DNA from: Eledone cirrhosa
Taxonomy: Eukaryota
DNA: 64,000 nt
Direction: 5' to 3'
Assembly: GCA_964016885.1 (NCBI GenBank)
Contig: OZ024757.1
Coordinates: 17,608,001-17,672,000, forward strand
Shown here: in pieces, positions 37,913 to 50,250 of the stretch
Layout of the letters: each line of letters starts with the position of its first letter
Position numbering within the stretch: position 1 is the first letter of the stretch
The notes under the pieces: generated by a model
The model's database searches: none
What the model was told of the DNA's origin: nothing
Seen by the model: only the letters and a program-made list of their open reading frames with translations
Program-made: the position numbers and the translations under genes

Positions 37913-39337
37913 TTAGTTTCCCAGAGTTGTAGCAGTTTTTACATTGCCAGTTATTGTGGGTATATCACACTCAGACCAGCTGGTATCTCTCTTCCACGTT
38001 TCACCAGCCTTGACAAACCTCCAGATCTGCCCATCATCATGCAGACTAAAACTTTCATCTTGTGCTGAGTTCCGATTCAAGGAAGCTGCAGCACGTAGCT
38101 TTGGACGTACATGGGGTGGTAGGCCTGGGCGTGTTCAGAAGGTAATCCGATTTTCACGCCCAGCTTTAGCAGAGGCCAGATGATATGAGGTTGCCTCTGC
38201 GGGGTCCGAAAATGACAGCCTGATGAGTCTGGGTTTTGGACCAGGTCGACCAAGGCGGAGAGCACCCTTTGGGGGAACACAGTCTAGGTCTTTGGCTGAG
38301 CTGGCAGCAAATGCCTGAAGATCAGCCTTGTCCTCTGGTACCCCAATGGCAATCACTTCATGGGTAGCAGATTCCGCAGTCTTTTCAGTCTTTTCAGCAA
38401 GAGGTACAGGGAGATTCTTTAGCAAGGCATTCCGATAAGACCCCTCATTGTGGGGTCCTACCCGAATGCTTGCCTCTATTCCTGCAACTTCCCTTCTCAG
38501 AGCAGAAATCATTAGTTGCAGTTCCGCAAAATCTGTACTGGTCGGTTGTTGTTGTTGTTGCTGCTGCTGCTGTCGTTGTTGGTGATGATGATGTTCCTCC
38601 ACGGGAATGGCAGGGGAGGACACAGTCGCAGGTTGTTGCTGTTGTTGTTGGTGATGATGATGTTCCTCCACGGGAATGGTAGGGGAAGACACAGTCACCA
38701 GTTGTTGGTGTCGAGATGTACTGGGAGTGGAAGACATGGGTTGTTGTTGTTTCTGATGTTCTCCCACAGGAACAGCAGCAGAAGCCAGTGTCATAGGTTT
38801 TTGCCGTTGTTCAGTAACAATGGTAGAGGAAGACACAGTCATTGGTTTTTGTTGTTGTTGTTGTTTTTCAATAACATTAGTGGAGGCAGGCACACAGGCC
38901 AGGCACTGAAAGGACCAGGATTTTAGCTGGACCATCTCCCATATTCCATCCATCATAGCATTATGATGTCTCTTTTTTTGGCCTGGGATCCTCCGGAAGC
39001 CTGTGGCGCATTGAAGGCAGACAGAGATGCGACAGGTTCCACATTCGACCCAGCGATTATGGAACGAGTTTTCGGGTTCCGCACAGATATGGCAGATGTG
39101 ATTTTCTGGGCAATGTTCTATTTTGGGACATCGGCCAGTTTTGTCGCATATTTCATCGATGGATATCACCATGGCAATTTTGTTATTTCTACCCATCCGT
39201 AGAAAAACACAGAATGTAAACAATATAGGTTTAGCGCACTTGATTACGATAGAAATAAAATGTCTGTTTGTTTGTGTATTTTGTTTCCGTTTTCTTAAAT
39301 GTTGTGTGTGTGTAGAAGAGTCTGTGCATGTAAGCAA
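37913..39337 (-). pseudogene. CR1 ORF1 (PHD-like finger, Gln-rich linker, coiled coil) with one in-frame TGA at 38135-38137
   Basis: CHIC...WVECGTC...CLQC...WSFQCLAC. The frame stays open past the TGA to ...TATTLGN* at 37913. Likely start is MGRNNK near 39196. Confidence 0.75.
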
Positions 39338-39990
39338 ATAAATATGCTGTGTAAGTTAAATGAAACGTACTGTAGAAGGCAGTTGTTTATTAACAGCGAA
39401 ATAACGTTTTTTTTTTTTTCCTTGATACTGCTTCTTTATAATAAACTTTCAATAATATTTTTTTTTTTTTTCAAATTATTAACTTTCAGCTGCTAGGATA
39501 TAAATATAATTAAAAGGTGTATGTGGATTAGAAGCGAAGTCAATGTTAAGAAATATTTTACCAATGTAGATTGGTAAAATTGGCCGGTATAGTGTCTCAC
39601 ACGAAATAGTGTGGTTTCTTTTCAGGTGTGTGTATATGCATATGGTATGTATCTGTATATAAATCTGTGTTATATTGTTGTTTATATGTTTTGTGGAGTA
39701 CTTACTGCGATCCTTAAGGAATGTAGTGATTTGTTTTGTTTTTTTCCTTTTTTCCCGTCCATGTCCACACGTGGTTTGTTGGCGAAAATCAAGTCAAATT
39801 AAATATACTTCGTTAAGATAATTCTATCTTGAAACTGGTACTATTTGTCAGGGAACAGTCAAAGTAGTTGTGATAATGAATATTGTAATCCATCTGACAT
39901 GTGTTTAAAGGGCAGTTTTGGGTGAAAATATTATATTTTGTTTGGTCAAGACGTGGTCAAGCGACCTTCCTTGTCACCATTTTTTCATCT

Positions 39991-40870
39991 TATGTTAGTG
40001 TCTAGTGAAGCCACAAAATTTAGAGAGTGATTTATCATAGATATCACATTGATATGGTTCCTCTCCTGTATATGTTAGTGTCTAGTGAAGCCACAACATT
40101 TAAGGAATGATTTACAGAAGATATCACATTGATATGGTTCTTCTCCTGTATGTATATATTAGTGTCTGGTGAAGCCACAACATATAGAAAACGATTTACA
40201 AAAAATATCACATTGATATGGTTCCTCTCCTGTATATGTTAGTGTCTAGTGAAGCCACAAAATTTTGAGAGTGATTTATCATAGATATCACATTGATATG
40301 GTTCCTCTCCTGTATAGGTTAGTGTCTAGTGAAGCCACAAAATTTAGAGAGTGATTTATCATAGATATCACATTGATATGGTTCCTCTCCTGTATATGTT
40401 AGTGTCTAGTGAAGCCACAACATTTAAGGAATGATTTACAGAAGATATCACATTGACATGGTTCTTCTCCTGTATGTATATATTAGTGTCTGGTGAAGCC
40501 ACAACATATAGAAAACGATTTACAAAAATATCACATTGATATGGTTCCTCTCCTGTATATATTAGTGTCTCTTGAAGCCACAACATTCAGAGAATGATTT
40601 ACTACAGATATCACATTGATATGGTTCCTCTCCTGTATATGTCTGGTGAAGCCACAACATTTAGAGAATGATTTATCACAGCTATCACATTGATATGGTT
40701 TCTCTCCGGTATAGGTTAGTGTCTACTGAAGCCACAACATTTACAAAATGGTTTACCATAGATATCAAATTGATATGGTTTCCCTCAGCTATGTATACAT
40801 ATATATTTAGTTAACATACTCCATTCAAAGAAATATTTTCCAAACATATTAAAGTGATATGGCTTCCCAA
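39991..40870 (-). repeat. Zinc-finger-derived non-coding tandem repeat (proximal part)
   Basis: About 10 frameshifted finger units, with the same variants as 34440-34806. Confidence 0.88.
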
Positions 40871-40987
40871 ATTTATGTTTGTGTCTAGTTAATGAGAACT
40901 CATAATGTTGAGTTCTCTCTTGTATGTATACACTTGTGTCTAGTTACATTACTTTTCTCAGAGAATGATTTACCAGATATCACAGTG

Positions 40988-42193
40988 TTATGGCAAGTCT
41001 CCTGTGTGCATACGTTTGTGACTAGTTAAGTTACTACTTGCAGAGAATGATTTACCACAGATATTACAGTGATATGGCTTGTCTCCTGTGTGTATACGTT
41101 TGTGACTATTTAAGTTACTACTTGCATAGAATGATTTACCACAGATATTACAGTGATATGGCGTCTCTCCTGTATGAATACGTTTGTGAGTAGTTAAGGA
41201 ATTAGATTGAGAGAATGATTTACCACAGATATCACAGTGATATGGCTTCTCTCCTGTATGAATTCGTTTGTGTATAGTTAAGGGAGTAGATGGAGCTAAT
41301 GATTTACCACAGATATCACAGTGATATGGCTTCTCTCTTGTATGAATACGTTTGTGATTTATTAAGGAAGTAGTTAGAGAGAATGTTTCACCACAGATAT
41401 CACAGTGATATGGCTTCTCTCCTGTATGAATACGTTCGTGTCTTGTTAAGGAATTAGATTGGGAGAATGATTTACCACAAATATCACAGTGATAGGTCTT
41501 CTGTTTTGTATGAATGAGATTGTGAGTTCGTAAGTTTCCTTTTAGAGAGAATGACTTACCACAGATATCACAGTGATATGGCTTCTGTCTTGTATGAATA
41601 AAATTGTGAGTTATCAAGCTTCCTTTCTGTGAAAATGACTGACCACAGTGATATGGCTTGTCTCCTGTATGAATTCGCTTGTGTGTAGCAAAGCTAGCAT
41701 TATGAGAGAATGATTTACCACAAATATCACAGTGATATGGCTTTTGTCTGGTATGAATGAGATTGTGACGTATTAAGCCTCCTTTTGCAGAGAATGATTT
41801 ACCACAAATATCACAGTGATATGGCTTCTCTCCTGTATGAATACGTTTGTGACTTGTTAAGCTAGCATGTTGAGAGAATGATTTACCACAGATATCACAG
41901 TGATATGGCTTCTTTCCTGCATGAATACGTTTGTGACTTGTTAAGCTAGCATGTTGAGAGAATGATTTACCACAGATATCACAGTGATATGGCTTCTTTC
42001 CTGTATGAATACGTTTGTGACTTGTTAAGCTAGCATGTTGAGAGAATGATTTACCACAGATATCACAGTGATATGGCTTCTCTCCACTATTCTTTGGTAT
42101 CTCATTAGGAATATTAATACTTTTAGGCAGTGTTTCACATTTAACTTTCTTCTTACCCAATTTATTTTCTATAATGTTTCTTCTTCTCAACAA
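40988..42193 (-). CDS. C2H2 zinc-finger protein ZNF3 (13 fingers, one broken); homologous start codon is ATA
   Basis: 401 open codons. IENK at 42172 corresponds to MENK in the paralogues. Could be a young pseudogene. Confidence 0.7.
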   Translation of the reverse strand: MLRRRNIIENKLGKKKVKCETLPKSINIPNEIPKNSGEKPYHCDICGKSFSQHASLTSHKRIHTGKKPYHCDICGKSFSQHASLTSHKRIHAGKKPYHCDICGKSFSQHASLTSHKRIHTGEKPYHCDICGKSFSAKGGLIRHNLIHTRQKPYHCDICGKSFSHNASFATHKRIHTGDKPYHCGQSFSQKGSLITHNFIHTRQKPYHCDICGKSFSLKGNLRTHNLIHTKQKTYHCDICGKSFSQSNSLTRHERIHTGEKPYHCDICGETFSLTTSLINHKRIHTREKPYHCDICGKSLAPSTPLTIHKRIHTGEKPYHCDICGKSFSQSNSLTTHKRIHTGETPYHCNICGKSFYASSNLNSHKRIHTGDKPYHCNICGKSFSASSNLTSHKRMHTGDLP

Positions 42194-42674
42194 AGTATAT
42201 AGATGTTTTTCTTGTGTTATATTTATATTATATTTCTAGAAATATTGTCTGATTCTATATTTCTATCAACTGTGATCTCAGTTAATATCTGAAGATTATG
42301 AAAACTTCTTTGTCATCCAAGTTTAATTAAAGTACAAAATCTTCTTGAAAACATCCCAGATAGTGAAGAACTTTTGCCAATAAACTCGCTTCTGATGAAA
42401 TATTTTACAGTAAGTCAGTTATAGATTTATATAAACAGTGTTATATCGTTTCTGTTTAGTCTTTAAATGATGATAAATGTTGATGAAATATCCAAGGTTT
42501 AAATATTTATCCCAATGTCATCTGGTATTCTGAAATAAGAAAGAAATAGTATGAGATAATAGAGAATACTTAAAAACTAGAGATAGATTTATTAGAGAAG
42601 ATTTTAGACTTTTATATCAATAATCTCTAGATATAGACCTTTAATTGAAAAATCAAATTACTTTAGTTTTTAAT

Positions 42675-43045
42675 TTATCAATATTACATCATACAACCTT
42701 GTGTGATATCTATATATACAGACATATATATATATATATATCAATATTACATTATACAACCTTGTGTGATGTCTATATATACAGACATATATATATATCA
42801 ATATTACATTATACAACCTTGTGTGATATCTATATATACAGACATATATATATCAATATTCCATTATACAACCTTGTGTGGTGTCTATATATATACAGAC
42901 ATATATATATCAATATTACATTAAACAACCATTGTGTGATGTCTATATATATACAGACATATATATATATCAATATTATATTATACAACCTTGTGTGGTG
43001 TCTATATATATACAGACATATATATATCAATATTCCATTATACAA
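42675..43045. repeat. ~55-60-bp minisatellite in the ZNF3 intron (paralogue at 59700-59935; single unit at ~27845)
   Basis: Unit caatattacattatacaaccttgtgtgatatctatatatacagacata(ta)n. Confidence 0.85.
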
Positions 43046-43430
43046 TGATATGCGACGGCTGGAGAGAAATGAGGCAAGCATGCTCCATTGGCTGTGCAAT
43101 GTCAATGTGCGTGAACGACCCGGCATGAATAAGTCTGAGAGGGATAGAATGTAGTGTGCGAGAGAGGAGACTGAGGTGGTATGGACCTGTGATGCGCATG
43201 GAGGATGACCGATGGGTGAAGAAGTGCCAGGAAATGCCAGTTCAAGGAAGATGTGGTAGAGGCAGACCACGAAAAACATGGGCGGAGGTGGTGAGAACAG
43301 ACCTCAGATCGCTGAAGCTCACGGTGGAGATGACGAAGGACCGTAACAAGTGGAGAGATGCTGTGCTGAATAAGACCCGTCCCACCCTTGCAAGCAGGGA
43401 AGAGCGGACGTAAAATGATGATGATGATGA
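43046..43430 (+). mobile_element. RTE LINE 3' fragment inserted in the minisatellite
   Basis: DMRRLERNEASML...RRLRWYGPVMRM...GRPRKTW and a (gat)n tail; the minisatellite resumes after 43430. Confidence 0.88.
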
Positions 43431-43519
43431 CAACTTTGTGTGGTGTCTATATACAGACATATATACATATGTCAATGTTACATCATACAACCTTGTGTGG
43501 TATATATATATATATATAT

Positions 43520-43856
43520 ATCATCATTTCATTTTACGTCTGCTTTTTCCCTGCTTGCAAGGGTGGGACGGGAACTGATTCTGGCTTGATTTCTACAGCT
43601 GGATGCCCTTCCTAACACCAACCTCATTAACAGTGAGTGCTGGGTGCTTTTTTGCCGTGGCACCTCCACGACCACTTTGCAATGGAATGATAGGGATCCC
43701 AGTCCCTATCATCTCATTTCTACAGCTGAGTAAACTGGAGCAATGTGAAATAAAGTGTCTTGCTCAAGGAAACAACACATCACCCGGTCTGAGAATTGAA
43801 CTCACAACCTTTTGATTGCAAGGCCAATGCTCTAACCACTAAGCCATGTGCCTCCA
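43520..43856 (-). mobile_element. SINE family B, full length
   Basis: tRNA head, CORE-like body and RTE tail. Confidence 0.85.
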
Positions 43857-43864
43857 TATATATA

Positions 43865-43990
43865 ATTGTTTCTATTTTTGGCACAAGGCCAGCAATTACC
43901 CAGTACATTACTGGTACTTTATTTTATCGACCCCGTAAGGATGAAAGGCAAAGTTAACCTCGGCGGGATTTGAACTCAGACCGTAAAGGA
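43865..43990 (-). mobile_element. SINE family A, partial
   Basis: Same core as 9407-9593. Confidence 0.8.
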
Positions 43991-44307
43991 CTCAGACTAT
44001 ATACTCTTTTACTCTTTTACCTGTTTCAGCCATCCGGCTGAGGCCATGCTGGGGCACCGCCCTTATATATATATATATATATAATGAAAAAAAAAAGTTA
44101 TGGTCAAAAGAGGGTAATATCCATCATCAGCTGTCTGCTAGGAATCATAGATTTTTCTTTGCGTTAGAGACAATATAACTAAAATAAGTTATTGGGATTA
44201 AAAAAAAAAAGGGGGGGGGGGGGGGAGAAAGAGAAAAAAAACGTAAACAGACACGAAAAGTCAAGCAACATACATAGATATATGTACATATAAATACATA
44301 TATATAT

Positions 44308-44610
44308 ATGGCTTAGTGGTTAGCGCATTGGCCTTGCAATCGAAAGGTGGTGAGTTCAATTCTCAGACCGGGTGATGTGTTGTTTCCTTGAGCAAGACAC
44401 TTTATTTCACATTGCTCCAGTTTGCTCAGCTGTAGAAATGAGATAGGGACTGGGGTCCATATCATTCCACTGCAAAAAAGCACCCAGCACTCACTGTAAA
44501 TGAGGTTGGTGTTAGGAAGGGCATCCAGCTGTAGAAATCAAGCCAGCATCAGTTCCCGTCCCACCCTTGCAAGCAGGGAAAAAGCAGACGTAAAATGAAA
44601 TGATGATGAT
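44308..44610 (+). mobile_element. SINE family B, full length
   Basis: TGGCTTAGTGGTTAGCGC...GAGTTCAATTC...cccttgcaagcagggaaaaagcagacgtaaaa then (tga)n. Confidence 0.85.
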
Positions 44611-44737
44611 GATATATATACATTACATATATATATATACATATGATGGCTGCCCCTTCATTATCAAGTATGGCCCTTGCACGAAAAAAAAAACACGTAA
44701 CAACGACAATAACAATAATAATAAAATATATATACAC

Positions 44738-46445
44738 ATCATCATCATCATCACCGTTTTACGTCCGTTCTTCCACGCTAGCATGGGTTAGACGGGTTGT
44801 CCTGTTGTGGGCAGTGTCTGGTCGGCTGACCATGCCTTGCTCATACAGGAACTGATCTGGCTTGATTTCTACAGCTGGATGCCCTTCCTAACACCAACCT
44901 CATTTACAGTGAGTGCTGGGTGCTTTTTCGTGGCGCCTACACGTCCACTTTACAGTGTGGGCTGGGTGCTTTTTTGCCGTGGCACCTCCACGACCACCTT
45001 GCGGTGGGGGGGGGGGCATATTGTTTATATGCTTCAGCATGTACCCATGGGAGGTCGGGTACCCTGTATTACTGCGTGACGCCAGAAGTCACGGTCGTGT
45101 GTCATTGACTTTGAGAGGTGTAGTTGGGTAAGGTCGGCTTTTATCACCTCATCCCAAGTCATCTTGGGTCTCCCCACTCCGCGGTTTCCATCAACTTCTA
45201 GTGCTCTGCACCTTTTTATGCAGCTGTCATCCTTCATACGCATCACATGTCCATACCAGCGTAACCGCCTCTCCTGCACGCAGCATTTGATTCCTCTTAT
45301 GCTCAGTCTCTCTCTCAATTCATTTATGCTTTGTCGTTCACGTATATTACTGTTACACATCCATCGGAGCATGCAGGCTTCGTTTCTCTCTAATCTACGT
45401 AAGTCTTCCACCTTCAGCGCCCAGGTCTCACTACCATGCAACATCGCTGTTCGGATACACGCATCATACAGTCTGCCTTTCATTCTGAGGGAGAAGCCTT
45501 TTGCAGCTAGCAGTGGTAGTAGTTCCCTAAACTTCTTCCATCCCGTTCTTACCCTAGTTATTGTACTTTCTGAGCACCCACCTCCGTTGCTAATTCGGTC
45601 ACCTAGGTAGCAGAAGCTGTCTACTGTTTCTACAGGGCCCTCCCAGAGATTGGTGGTACTTGTTTCCTGTGGCTGTTTGCTTGCTGTTTCAGCACAGCTG
45701 CTGCATGTGAATCCTACATTCTTAATTAAGCTTCCTGAGATCCCGCTACATCTCTTGTGTACCCATTGTTTGCATTTGGGGCAAAGAATGGAGTTCCTAC
45801 CTACACCTTTCCTACATACTGAGCAAGGCCATTTCCCTGAGGGGATCTGGGTTCTGTTTTCTCGTCTACTTATAAGGACCTTAGTCTTTGTCATGTTGAC
45901 TTTGAGGCCCTTTCTCTCTAGTCCCTGCTTCCAGGTTTGGAATTTATTCTCTAGTTCTACCATAGATTCAGCTATGAGTGCGAGGTCATCAGCATACAGG
46001 AGTTCCCATGGGCATCCGGTCTTAAACTCCTCCGTTATTGCCTGCAGGACTATGATGAACAGGAGAGGGCTAAGAACAGAGCCCTGGTGGACCCCAACCT
46101 GTACGCTAAATTCCTCGCTATACTCATTGCCAATCCTAACTTTGCTGACTGCTCCCCTATACATGGCTTGTACCGCTTTCACAAGCCATTCATCTACTCC
46201 TAGTTTTCTAAGAGCCCACCAGATTACTGCACGTGGAACTCTGTCAAAGGCTTTCTCAAGGTCGACAAATGCCAAGTAGAGTGGCTTACTTTTAGCTAGG
46301 TACTTTTCCTGTAATTGCCTCACAAGGAAGAGCGCATCAGTGGTGCCTTTCCCTGGTACAAACCCAAATTGCATCTCGTCTATATTCACCCGGTCCCTAA
46401 TCAGCTGTGCTATAACTCTTTCTGTTACTTTCATGACCTGGTCCA
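44738..46445 (-). mobile_element. RTE LINE 3' half with an uninterrupted RT ORF (45034-46445)
   Basis: QFGFVPGKGTTDA, FVDLEKAFD, GVHQGSVLSP, LYADD, RRLRWYGHV; 3' UTR and (gat)n tail. Confidence 0.93.
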
Positions 46446-46509
46446 TACACATACACACACACATACATATCTATATATACATATACACATACACACACAA
46501 TAACAATTA

Positions 46510-46960
46510 ACAGTGCTGCGATCGTATGTGGCTTTTTAGCCCAGCAAATGATCTAAAATGTCTTGCACAGAGTTGTCAACCAAAACATTCACTGGGAATA
46601 GCAGGCTGTGGTTGGAGTTCATGTACTTTTGCATGTCGTTTGAGCCCTCCTGCTGATTTACATTCTCTACCACATGCTTGGCAGGCATGATGAGTAGCAT
46701 CTCCAACAGCAGCCTGGTAGTTAACCACTGGTCTCACTTTATGACTGTGAAGATGACTTTCGAGTCCAGCTTGGTGAAGCAGAGTCTCACACAGACACTG
46801 CATGTCAGCGCCATAGGAGGACCTTCACCGTCTGGAAATGCAACAGTAATGCCCTTCCTCACATCCCGCTTTACTTTCTCGTATGCGATTCGAGATGCCT
46901 CAAAGGCAACTTCCCGCTCATATACAGTCTTTTTCCATGTATTACGATCAGCAGTCCTTC
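46510..46960 (-). mobile_element. RTE/BovB-like LINE C-terminus bearing C2H2-type fingers
   Basis: ADRNTWKKTV...KRDVRK followed by CSVC..., CQACGRECKSAGGLKRHAKVH and RSFAGLKSHIRSQHC*. Confidence 0.6.
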
Positions 46961-49900
46961 TCAGGGCAGTAAACCATTCTGCTATACCCACATATGGAGA
47001 AAAGTCCTTAACCCTTGATTTTGGGCTCCACCAAGTCTCCCAGTGGGTTTTTGTCATCGCCAAGTTGCCGACTCCGATCCTAGGAGTGGATTTCTTACAC
47101 CATTTAAGTCTCCTGGTGGACGTTAAACACAACAGACTGATTGATTCCACCACGGGCTCCAATATTCGTGGCATCAGCACTAAGGCACCCTCCCCCGGCC
47201 CATTTTTTTTTAACCCAGTGCAGTCCGGCAGATATGATGCTATCCTACGCAGGCACCCTGACATCTCGCGCCCAATTTTTAACAGTCAGCAAGTGACCCA
47301 CAGTGTTACGCATCATATCGTGACTGAGGGCCCTCCGGTTTCTTCTAAACCACGACGACATGCTCCTGACCGCGCTAAGATCGCTAAAGCAGAGTTTGAT
47401 CATATGCTAGAACTGGGCATTGTTCATCCATCCAGTAGCAGTTGGTCTTCCCCCCTTCACATGGTTCCCAAGAAATCTGTGGGTGGCTGACGACCGTGTG
47501 GAGACTAACGGTTTCTTAACACTCGCACAAAACAAGATAAGTATCCAGTGCCTCACATACAAGATCTCTCTGCTACCCTACACGGAGCTAGGGTCTTTTC
47601 GAAAATCAACCTCGTGCAGGCATACAACCAGATTCCTATTGAACCTGACGACATTCCAAAAATGGCCATTACAACTCCTTTCGGCCTCTTCGAGTTTCTT
47701 AGAATGCCATTTGGTTTACGCAATGCTGCACCAACCTTCCAGCGTTTCATCGACACAGTAGTACATGGTTTACCCTGTGTCTACGTGTATATTGCCGTAT
47801 GCTGGTAGCCAGCACATCCCATGAGGAACACAAAAGACACCTACAACTGCTTTACGAGTGTTTTTCTCAGTTTGGTGTCATCATCAACCCCAGCAAATGC
47901 CTTTTCGGTGTTTCTTCCCTTGAGTTTCTGGGACACCACATCGATGAACGAGGAATCCGCCCCCTCCACGACAAAGTTAAGTCTATTTTGGAGTTTCCCA
48001 CTCCTACGTCACTGAGGAAAATACATGCGTTCCTTGGCTTCATAAATTTTTATCACCAGTTCATTCCTCGCTGTGCAGAGTCTCTCCAGCCGCTAACAGA
48101 CATCCTACGGCAGTGCAAACGGAAGAACCAGCTTATCACTTTCGATGACGCACAAGCGGCTGCCTTTCTGAGAGTGAAGCGAGACTTAGCAGAGACCACA
48201 ATGTTGGTTCATCCCAAACCGGACACACCGCTTGGTCTGTTCATCAATGCATCGGATGTCGGGGTCGGTGGCGTCCTCCAACAATGCGTAGACGATGTGT
48301 GGCAGCCAATTTCTTTCTTCTCTAGGAGACTCAAACCAGCCGAAACAAAGTACAGCACATTTGGTCGGGAACTTTTGGCAGTGTACCTCAGTGAGAGACA
48401 TTTCTGGCACATGTTAGAAGGTTCGAAGTTCTCTATTTACATGGACCATAAACCTTTCACATACGCTCTGTATTCCAAGCCTAACCGCTACTCACCTAGA
48501 ATTTATATCCCAGTATACTACGGATATTCGCTACATTAAAGGTCCAGACAATTCTGCAGCCGGCGCTCTTTCTCGCTCACACCTGGGTGCACTGCACTGC
48601 ACACCTCCTTTTCCATCAGCCTCCGAGACATCGGCGCCGCTCAACAAACAGATGGGGAGCTCCTCAAACTCTGAAATTCTCCATCTTCTTCTTGCTTGTC
48701 TTTCAAACTCCTCCCTCTACCTTTTTCTTCTGGTGGTATATGGTGTGATGTGTCTATGGGTCACGCGCACGCCCTTATGTGCCCTATAGCATCGACGTTC
48801 GTTTTTTTTTTCTGTGCTGCACAACCTATCGCATCCTGGTGTCAACTCTACTCTGAAGTTATTAACAGCCTGGTTTGTTTGGGTTGGTGTGAACAAGGAT
48901 GTCAGGGAATGGGCGAGACGTTGCGTCCAGTGTCAGAAGGCGAAGATTCACCATCATGTCAGAACCCCTCTGGGAACCTTCGCAACACCGGATGTACGTT
49001 TCCAACACGTACACATCAGCAACGTTGGACCACTGCCTCTATCTCATGGTTGCACGCACCTTTTGACCTGTGTGGACAGATTCTCCCGGTGGCCGGAGGC
49101 CATTCCTCTGTCCGACACCACAACCGAATCTATTGCCAAGGCGCTAGTACAGCATTGGATTTCGCGTTATGGCACACCTTCTACCATAACAACGGACAGA
49201 GGCGGCCTGTTCGAATCAAACATTTTTCAAGAATTGACATGCCTCCTAGGTTGTAGTCGAACACGTACAACAGCCTATCACCCTGCAGCTAACGGTATGG
49301 TGGAACGTTTCCATCGGCAATTAAAATCTGCTCTCAGAGCCTATGTCAACAACAGCAACTGGTTGGAGATCTTACCCCTCATCCTTCTTGGAATTCGCTC
49401 CACCATAAATGAAGGACTTGGTTTTACGCCGGCTGAGCTGGTTTACGGCACGACATTGGTTTTACCCGGGCAAATGATTGCCTCTGAGTCTAAATACTCC
49501 GCAGATCCAATGAACTATATCCATCGCCTGTGGACCTACATGGCAAACCTGCCATTGGTTGCCCCGCGCCCTCAAAGCATCACTACGCATGTTCCATCTG
49601 ATCTACAGCAATGGACACACGTTTTTGTCAGAGGGGACACTATCAGGGCTCCTTTGCAATCACCACACTCGAAGTCCTACCAAGTAGTCAAAAGGACACC
49701 CAAGTATTTCATTTTGGACATTAATGGAAGGAGGGGTGCTGTCAGTGTCGACCGTTTAAAAATAGCTCATTTGGATTTGGATGAACCCTCACCATCAGAT
49801 CAAGTTAACCCAACACCAGTGCTCCCATCCACCGACAATCCGAACTCTATGCCAACAACAAGCACTAGATCCGGCCGATGTGTGTACAGGCCATCTCGTT

Positions 49901-50250
49901 ATGCTCAATATGGAAAGTAACATTCCTCACTCATCTGTAATTTGTCCATTTTCATTTAATTATTTACTTGTCTTATCTTATAAAAAAATATGTAACAGTT
50001 AAAATTTGATTTTAAAAAAAAATCTATATCTGGAGATGTTAAAAAAATTAAGTTGTGATGGACACTTTATGAACATGAACAACTAGTGTGTGGAAGGAGA
50101 GAAACAGAGGTTGAAACACAACTAGTGTGTGGAGAGAAACACAAGTTGAACTAATATAAACTTCTCTTTTTCTTGGCCAACAACCTATCTCGTATGTGTC
50201 TATACACCCACGTGCTTGCTCTGACTGTATATATATATGTGCCAAGCATG
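46960..50250 (+). mobile_element. Ty3/Gypsy (CsRN1-like) pol: end of PR, RT, RNase H, integrase; possible 3' LTR ~50055-50250
   Basis: PILGVDFL, SWSSPLHMVPK, MPFGLRNA, ASDVGVGGVL, DHKP, HNLSH..CVQC..CVDRFSRW..TDRG..NGMVERFH. Confidence 0.9.

Larger units (their letters stand above)
34811..39990 (-). mobile_element. Nearly full-length CR1-group LINE inserted in the ZNF3 3' region
   Basis: 5' UTR, PHD-type ORF1, APE+RT ORF2, doubled 3' UTR and (att)n tail; interrupts a finger-derived repeat unit. Confidence 0.92.
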
